DNA of 15,486 nt from a virus. Each line of letters starts with the position of its first letter. The stretch's first letter is position 1. This document shows, one piece after another, positions 6,795 to 11,497 of the stretch. Location of the stretch: IMG/VR virus record IMGVR_UViG_3300045988_126454, positions 1 through 15,486 of that record. The stretch is one strand, 5' to 3'. The translations under genes and the position numbers were made by a program. The notes beneath the pieces were generated by a model that was not told the origin of the DNA, searched no databases, and saw only the letters and a list, made by a program, of their open reading frames with translations.

Positions 6795-7943
6795 TTACCT
6801 ACCTTTCCCTAAAAATGGTTTTAAATAGTATATAAACGGCGTTTTTCTCGCGCTTGGAATAGGCGCTACACCGGATATATTGATTGTACATTCTTGATAA
6901 ATATTTGTATCACTTAATACAAAAAAACGTATAATAATTTTCCGCAATGCTGTAACATTTACTTTAATATAACAATAACCTCTTTCTTTTTTAACAAGTT
7001 CCGCTCCGTTTGGTACGCTAACTCCCCAATCATAATTTGATCTTACATTAAATCTAACAACAGTACCAACGTTTGCTTGTTGGCTGTAGGGTGTAACGTT
7101 AATCTCCGGCGCGGGCGGCGCGGGTCTGTTTATACCAATCTGGCATTGCGCTGTAATGCTCTGATCTTCAACTAACCAAAAACTTACAACACTTGTAACT
7201 TGCGCACCGTTTGCATTGCTGCTAATAATCAAAGCATTAGTTTCTTTTGTTGCTGTTAGATACTGACCGATGCTATAAGTCCATTCCGAGTTAGCATTAA
7301 CAGTAATTCTAATACTTTCCCCATCTACTATACTAGCACTAATAGGGTCTATTGTCAACACTTTTATTTCCGGCGGCAAGTTACCATGCATATCATCGTA
7401 AACATCCATACTACAAGCAAAACGATAATCTTGGACATCTTGCCCCTGCAAGGTTGGATTTTCAAAGTTTTTAAGCACATATGTGCTCGCTGTGCGCATA
7501 TCTGTAGCATTTCGTAAAACCTCAAGTGTACTCGCGTATGTAGTCTGTAACTCATATGACAAGTAATAGACAGCTAACTCAACACTTCCTATACTGCTAT
7601 ATCCACCGCTTTTCCATGCATCATAATAACCTGTCTTACGCGTGTAGTATGTCCATTGTGCCAACCCATAACCCTTATGCACTGTATCTCCGTCTAAACC
7701 GCTATTTATAAACTGCTCGCGTGTTACAGTACCATTATCTACACTGTTAGTATAAATACGGCTTCTATTAAAAAAATTTGTACTATTATTATCGTTTTCG
7801 CACCTATAAGGCACAATTCCACTTTCCGCCCATAAGTTACCAAGCAAAGCCGCCAACCCTATTTCGTTATTAATTAAATTATATAAGCCGTTCCACACCG
7901 CCCTAGTATAACCATAATCACGATAGTCCGATCGTCTACCCAT
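6795..7943 (-). CDS. Peptidoglycan hydrolase, phage-tail-lysozyme-like N-domain plus two tandem beta (Ig-like) domains
   Basis: The motifs LLGNLWAESG and GYGLAQWT are typical of the phage tail lysozyme family as I recall it. Two roughly 85-aa beta-rich repeats are separated by RPAPPAPE. The ATG at 7943 overlaps the ATPase TGA stop by 1 nt. Confidence 0.6.
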   Translation of the reverse strand: MGRRSDYRDYGYTRAVWNGLYNLINNEIGLAALLGNLWAESGIVPYRCENDNNSTNFFNRSRIYTNSVDNGTVTREQFINSGLDGDTVHKGYGLAQWTYYTRKTGYYDAWKSGGYSSIGSVELAVYYLSYELQTTYASTLEVLRNATDMRTASTYVLKNFENPTLQGQDVQDYRFACSMDVYDDMHGNLPPEIKVLTIDPISASIVDGESIRITVNANSEWTYSIGQYLTATKETNALIISSNANGAQVTSVVSFWLVEDQSITAQCQIGINRPAPPAPEINVTPYSQQANVGTVVRFNVRSNYDWGVSVPNGAELVKKERGYCYIKVNVTALRKIIIRFFVLSDTNIYQECTINISGVAPIPSARKTPFIYYLKPFLGKGR

Positions 7944-8995
7944 CACATCAACCTCACACTAAGTATATCAAGCACAATATCTTTACATTTCAAATCTTTA
8001 AACCTCAACAACCCAAGGTCATAACTCCTCTTAAGATAGTCATAGATAAAACTATGACTACTCAGCATCAAAGTGTCTGCGTTATGACTGCTAGCATCAA
8101 ACGTAAACCGATATTTACAGCTCTGATCGACAGTATGATCTACATACACAATTCCTTTTTCTGGATATTCTCTTATGGCATAGCTATCTTTTCCAGAAAT
8201 GAGTGTAAAAATGTATCTACTGTTTCCGCTTACGCTTTCAACAAATGCGGTAGCATCACACATGTAAATGCCATCAGCGCTACTAATCTGATAGGTGCTA
8301 TCTTTAAAAATAATACCTAACTTGCAAAGTTTTAGTGCATTTTGCGCGTCTTTATTAACAACAAACTGCGCAACCCATCCATGACCTCGCAAAAATTTAG
8401 TGTTATCTCTTAATCTCTTATGTATACCAAAAAAAATAAAATAGGGATTCAAAAGAGTTACATAATTGCCGAGCATATATACAGGTACTTCCCTAACCTG
8501 TTTACCTTTACCACGGCATATAGTTCGCAATGTACTCTCAAATTTTGTCAATTCATGCTTTAAATAACCATTATTTTCAAGTACAAATTCATCAAACACA
8601 ATAAGTTCTACATCTTTAAACATTGGGCTGTATTTTTTAAGTTTATCAGTGTTGTTAAAGTATACAGCATAGCCAAGTAATTTAACATTATCATCTTTAT
8701 CATGTAACATCATAGCACTAATTAAACCCTTTACAACAGTTTTATTAGTTACAACTTTTCCGCACTCTGGACAAGTGTCCAGAATATCTTCATACATTTT
8801 TCCACTGCTCGATATTTCATCCTGTGTTCTGTATAAAAAAACAACTTGCTTATCATTCTGTACATTTTTCAAAGATTCAATCAGAAGCGCTGTAGTCTTT
8901 CCGGCACTACGATTTCCGATAATCATTCTTAAAATCGGTTCTTCGTTATCCAAGTCTTTTACATTTTTTATACTATCAAGATTATAAAAAGCCAT
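7943..8995 (-). CDS. DNA encapsidation (packaging) ATPase, phi29 gp16-like
   Basis: Walker A GNRSAGKT and Walker B LIVFDEF are present. NPYFIFF matches NPYFLFF of phi29 gp16. Size is 350 aa versus 332. RBS GAGGGGGAAACGTA. Confidence 0.85.
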   Translation of the reverse strand: MAFYNLDSIKNVKDLDNEEPILRMIIGNRSAGKTTALLIESLKNVQNDKQVVFLYRTQDEISSSGKMYEDILDTCPECGKVVTNKTVVKGLISAMMLHDKDDNVKLLGYAVYFNNTDKLKKYSPMFKDVELIVFDEFVLENNGYLKHELTKFESTLRTICRGKGKQVREVPVYMLGNYVTLLNPYFIFFGIHKRLRDNTKFLRGHGWVAQFVVNKDAQNALKLCKLGIIFKDSTYQISSADGIYMCDATAFVESVSGNSRYIFTLISGKDSYAIREYPEKGIVYVDHTVDQSCKYRFTFDASSHNADTLMLSSHSFIYDYLKRSYDLGLLRFKDLKCKDIVLDILSVRLM

Positions 8996-9012
8996 TACGT
9001 TTCCCCCTCAAA

Positions 9013-9083
9013 CTGGACTAGCGGGAATCGAACCCGCATTGACGGAATCAAAATCCGTTGTCCTACCGTTAGACGATAGTCCT
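9013..9083 (-). tRNA. tRNA-Gln (anticodon UUG)
   Basis: Manual cloverleaf: acceptor AGGACTA/TAGTCCA, U8, D stem GTCT/GGAC with GG in the loop, anticodon stem ACGGA/TCCGT with loop TTTTGAT, T arm GCGGG-TTCGATT-CCCGC, discriminator G. CCA is not encoded. The layout parallels Bacillus tRNA-Gln, except position 1 is A (A1:A72 mismatch) instead of U. Confidence 0.85.
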
Positions 9084-9088
9084 AGAAA

Positions 9089-9104
9089 TGTTTCACGTGA
9101 AACA
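9089..9104. repeat. 16-bp perfect palindrome TGTTTCACGTGAAACA (copy 1)
   Basis: Self-complementary. It fills most of the 25-bp gap between the holin stop (9109) and the tRNA 5' end (9083). Confidence 0.95.
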
Positions 9105-9108
9105 CTTC

Positions 9109-9438
9109 TTATTTTTTCGGTGCTTTCTCCAAGATTTCTCTAATCTTTTCCGGCACTAAGCTTTTATTTATCCGGCTTACATTTTCCAAAATACTGCCGA
9201 TTTCCATCAAAATAATATATACACAAATACTCTCAAACACCGGAACGCTAAAGCCCATATCAAGAAAACTCTGTCCGTAGTCAATCAAAAACCCAACAGC
9301 CACAATGACGATTTCACCGAACTTGTTAAAAAGTCCGTCACGCATCACACTGCTGTTAAAATTACTGTTTTTAACTGCCATAACAATTCCCGTGATAAAA
9401 TCAAGCACAATAAACAACATTACAATTACAATACTCAT
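9109..9438 (-). CDS. Holin (Phage_holin_4_1-like, 3 predicted TM segments)
   Basis: Three hydrophobic segments are present. The motifs LDFITGI near the N-terminus and YIILMEIGSILEN in the last TM are typical of that holin family as I recall it. The C-terminus is charged. RBS GAGGAGAAA. Confidence 0.8.
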   Translation of the reverse strand: MSIVIVMLFIVLDFITGIVMAVKNSNFNSSVMRDGLFNKFGEIVIVAVGFLIDYGQSFLDMGFSVPVFESICVYIILMEIGSILENVSRINKSLVPEKIREILEKAPKK

Positions 9439-9453
9439 TTTCTCCTCTTTTCT

Positions 9454-9773
9454 GCGGCGGTAGCAATTAACAGAATTACCGCCGCGTTGGTAGTTTTAGA
9501 GTTTCGCGGTATCGGCTCGCACCAACCACGGCGCGGGGCACGGTTTTTCCCGTCAGTTTACGCCCACAAAAACCAATCCGGTACTACTCCACACACTCCA
9601 ATTACTCGGACATAGGACATTTTCGTAAGGAATTTAGTAATTGAAGTGTGTGCAATAGTACCATATAAATTATGTTTTATGCCATGTACGGCAAGCCATG
9701 CCGCTCCATGCCGTTTTTTGCCGTACATGCCATAAATGCCATTCTTACGCCGTGCAATGCCGTGAATGGCATT
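9454..9773 (-). ncRNA. Candidate structured non-coding RNA locus (function unknown; a pRNA-like role is only a hypothesis)
   Basis: A 346-bp gap without a credible ORF. Six hand-verified helices are detailed in the findings. Two of them contain a position that is G:U on the minus-strand transcript but C:A on the plus strand. The region looks locally GC-rich by eye. Confidence 0.45.
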
Positions 9774-9784
9774 ACACGGAGATC

Positions 9785-10183
9785 TTACCGATTAAACGGA
9801 TTGTACGGCTCTGCCGGAACAAGCTTTGAAATGTCAATGCCCTTAAGGTATGCGCTCTGGTACTTCTTGCCCTTGTACTTACCCTCAACAACCTTAAATG
9901 CAATTTCAACTTCGGAATCAGCGCCGATTTCTTCCGCCTTAATTGCTGTCTCATCGTCTGGATTCTGCTCAACACCGTCAAGATAGACCGGAAAACTGAA
10001 CTGCGTGTGCGCCTTTACAAGCTTTGTGCCGTCATCGGACGTCTTAACCGGACAGTCAATTTCGGTGTTCAGACCCGCTTTTGAGATCAGTTCCGCCGCG
10101 GCTTCATCTGTGATCTCTACCATAATGGAAAACTTACCATCATTTGAAAATGTGGAATATACTCTACCTGTTGCGTATAACAT
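9785..10183 (-). CDS. Putative OB-fold ssDNA-binding protein (gp5 analogue), 132 aa
   Basis: Located in the replication/early region. The beta-rich pattern with IGADSEVEIAFKVVEGKYKGKKYQSAYLKGI resembles phage SSBs of the T7 gp2.5/DUF2815 type as I recall them. The call is weak and mostly positional. RBS AAAGGAGAAAAAAGAT. Confidence 0.35.
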   Translation of the reverse strand: MLYATGRVYSTFSNDGKFSIMVEITDEAAAELISKAGLNTEIDCPVKTSDDGTKLVKAHTQFSFPVYLDGVEQNPDDETAIKAEEIGADSEVEIAFKVVEGKYKGKKYQSAYLKGIDISKLVPAEPYNPFNR

Positions 10184-10237
10184 ATCTTTTTTCTCCTTTT
10201 CTCTAATTGGATTTTAATGCTGAATAATGGTGCAAGC

Positions 10238-10255
10238 ATGTTTCACGTGAAACAT
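10238..10255. repeat. 18-bp perfect palindrome ATGTTTCACGTGAAACAT (copy 2)
   Basis: Self-complementary and intergenic, 25 nt after the stop of ORF 10281-10562. It is flanked by an outer inverted pair, GCAAGC (10232-10237) and GCTTGC (10267-10272). Confidence 0.95.
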
Positions 10256-10280
10256 TTTAAAGTGTTGCTTGCTGTGATCT

Positions 10281-10562
10281 TTACTTCTTTGACGCTTTGT
10301 AGGCATCATACTCTTCTGCTGTCATTGAGTTCTCAATGAACGTGGACAACGGCATGAAGCGGGTTTCCTCTTTACGGTCAACCTCAATCAGATTACCCTT
10401 TGCAATACCGAAAGACGCTAAAATCTCGTCTCTCTCCGCCGCTGTAGTAATCTCATGATCCCACTCTACAACATCCCCCATTTTAATACCATCTTCTGCC
10501 GATACCGTCATAATCTGGTATAATACTTTTGTTGGGATAGTTCTGGAAATTACCTTTTCCAT
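10281..10562 (-). CDS. Hypothetical small acidic protein (93 aa)
   Basis: ATG at 10562 is preceded by AGAAAGAGAGGAAAACAAA. No family recognised. Confidence 0.6.
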   Translation of the reverse strand: MEKVISRTIPTKVLYQIMTVSAEDGIKMGDVVEWDHEITTAAERDEILASFGIAKGNLIEVDRKEETRFMPLSTFIENSMTAEEYDAYKASKK

Positions 10563-10611
10563 TTTGTTTTCCTCTCTTTCTTTGAATAATGTAGCGAAAA
10601 CTGCGTAGCTT

Positions 10612-10640
10612 GTTATAGCTTGCCATCGTCAGACTGTAAG
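10612..10640 (-). promoter_or_regulatory. Possible sigma70-type promoter (CTTACA-17-TATAAC)
   Basis: On the minus strand the -35 CTTACA is at 10635-10640 and the -10 TATAAC at 10612-10617, with a 17-nt spacer. It lies about 45 nt upstream of ATG 10562. Confidence 0.3.
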
Positions 10641-10657
10641 TTGCTATCTTTTCAGTG

Positions 10658-10677
10658 ACGGGAGAATGTTCTCCCGT
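10658..10677. other. Hairpin ACGGGAGAA/TTCTCCCGT directly after ORF 10685-10948
   Basis: 9-nt perfect inverted arms (10658-10666 and 10669-10677), 7 nt after the TAA stop. The T-rich tract (TTTCGGCTTTA) follows on the plus strand, not the coding strand. Confidence 0.55.
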
Positions 10678-10684
10678 TTCGGCT

Positions 10685-10948
10685 TTATCTGAAAAATTCG
10701 GTTCTATTCACTACTCTGTCGGGATAAAACTGAATGTATCCAACTACTTCCGGTTCTACTAAACGCCATATATCTTTGCGTGATCTTCTTGTAATACGAA
10801 CAACATCGTATGCTTCTGGATGTAATTCCGCTGATGCAGTGTATATGGTATTTAAATAATATATGTGTGTTGTGTTTACGTAATACATTGCACCTCTTTC
10901 TACCCTGTCTTCTAGGTTGTACTTTGTTTGTGCTGAAATTCTTACCAT
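10685..10948 (-). CDS. Hypothetical protein (87 aa)
   Basis: ATG at 10948 is preceded by the conserved leader AAACAAGAAAGCGAGGAAACAACA. No family recognised. Confidence 0.6.
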   Translation of the reverse strand: MVRISAQTKYNLEDRVERGAMYYVNTTHIYYLNTIYTASAELHPEAYDVVRITRRSRKDIWRLVEPEVVGYIQFYPDRVVNRTEFFR

Positions 10949-10949
10949 T

Positions 10950-11013
10950 GTTGTTTCCTCGCTTTCTTGTTTAATGCTTTGTTGTTTTTATCTTCCTTAC
11001 AATATCTATTATA
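10950..11013. repeat. Duplicated leader/-10 module (copy 1); the partner copy is at 11414-11471
   Basis: The 23-nt block GTTGTTTCCTCGCTTTCTTGTTT is identical at 10950-10972 and 11414-11436. The 21-nt block TTCCTTACA[A/T]TATCTATTATA occurs at 10993-11013 and 11451-11471 with one mismatch. Confidence 0.85.
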
Positions 11014-11165
11014 AAAGCAACTACTCTGAAATTATGGTATTTAGAAACCATATCTTTTCCCGCACCAGAATCACGAACTATTTTGCCATCATGTAGATAC
11101 GCTATGTCTATATTTGAATATGGTGTCCAACCGCAATTTAACATATATAAATTATAAAAATTCAT
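10971..11165 (-). CDS. Hypothetical small protein (64 aa), paralogue of 11210-11413
   Basis: RBS AGGGAGAAAACAAA. It aligns with the neighbouring 67-aa ORF on shared residues: F.L...N..W......I.Y.H.G....DSG...DM..KY.NF.V..F. Confidence 0.6.
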   Translation of the reverse strand: MNFYNLYMLNCGWTPYSNIDIAYLHDGKIVRDSGAGKDMVSKYHNFRVVAFIIDIVRKIKTTKH

Positions 11166-11209
11166 TTTGTTTTCTCCCTATGTTTTGCAGACCTTGTACG
11201 TGACGCCCG

Positions 11210-11413
11210 TTAGAGCGTTTCGGTTATTTCTTGCTCTCTTAAAAATAATGAGTTTTTATAAAAACTTAAAACTTCAAAATTTTTATATTTATAAATCATG
11301 TCTAACGCCTGTCCAGAATCCCATTTAGTATCTCCTAAATGATTATAGCTAATAGTTAATTCTGTTTCTGTATCCCATTCTGCATTCGCTGTAAATAAAT
11401 CAAATAATGTCAT
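11210..11413 (-). CDS. Hypothetical small protein (67 aa), paralogue of 10971-11165
   Basis: First ORF downstream of the strong promoter at 11466-11493. RBS GCGAGGAAACAAC. Confidence 0.65.
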   Translation of the reverse strand: MTLFDLFTANAEWDTETELTISYNHLGDTKWDSGQALDMIYKYKNFEVLSFYKNSLFLREQEITETL

Positions 11414-11465
11414 GTTGTTTCCTCGCTTTCTTGTTTGGTTGTTTTGTATGTTCCTTACATTATCT

Positions 11466-11493
11466 ATTATACACTAGTTCTCTATTTTGTCAA
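11466..11493 (-). promoter_or_regulatory. Strong sigma70-type promoter (TTGACA-16-TATAAT)
   Basis: On the minus strand TTGACA is at 11488-11493 and TATAAT at 11466-11471, with a 16-nt spacer and TG immediately 5' of the -10. It starts 4 nt after the polymerase stop codon. Confidence 0.7.
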
Positions 11494-11497
11494 CCAT

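Noticed and set aside
9013-9083. The tRNA as a suppressor tRNA indicating stop-codon recoding, or as an integration (att) site.
   Set aside because: The anticodon is UUG, a normal Gln anticodon. All genes are open in the standard code. No integrase is present, and the genome is linear with ITRs.
9089-9104. The palindrome as a known Firmicutes operator (CcpA cre, Rex box, LexA/DinR box) or as a rho-independent terminator.
   Set aside because: The half-site orientation (TTTCAC|GTGAAA) is the reverse of cre (TGAAA..TTTCA) and Rex (GTGAA-N-TTCAC). There is no GAAC-N4-GTTC. The RNA hairpin would be short with no U tract. The motif is therefore reported as being of unknown function.
9655-9663. An extended -10-like element TGGTACTAT on the minus strand, as the promoter of the structured RNA or late operon.
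   Set aside because: It matches the -10 at only 4 of 6 positions, has no -35, and overlaps the outer arm of the long helix. It is too weak to call without 5'-end mapping.
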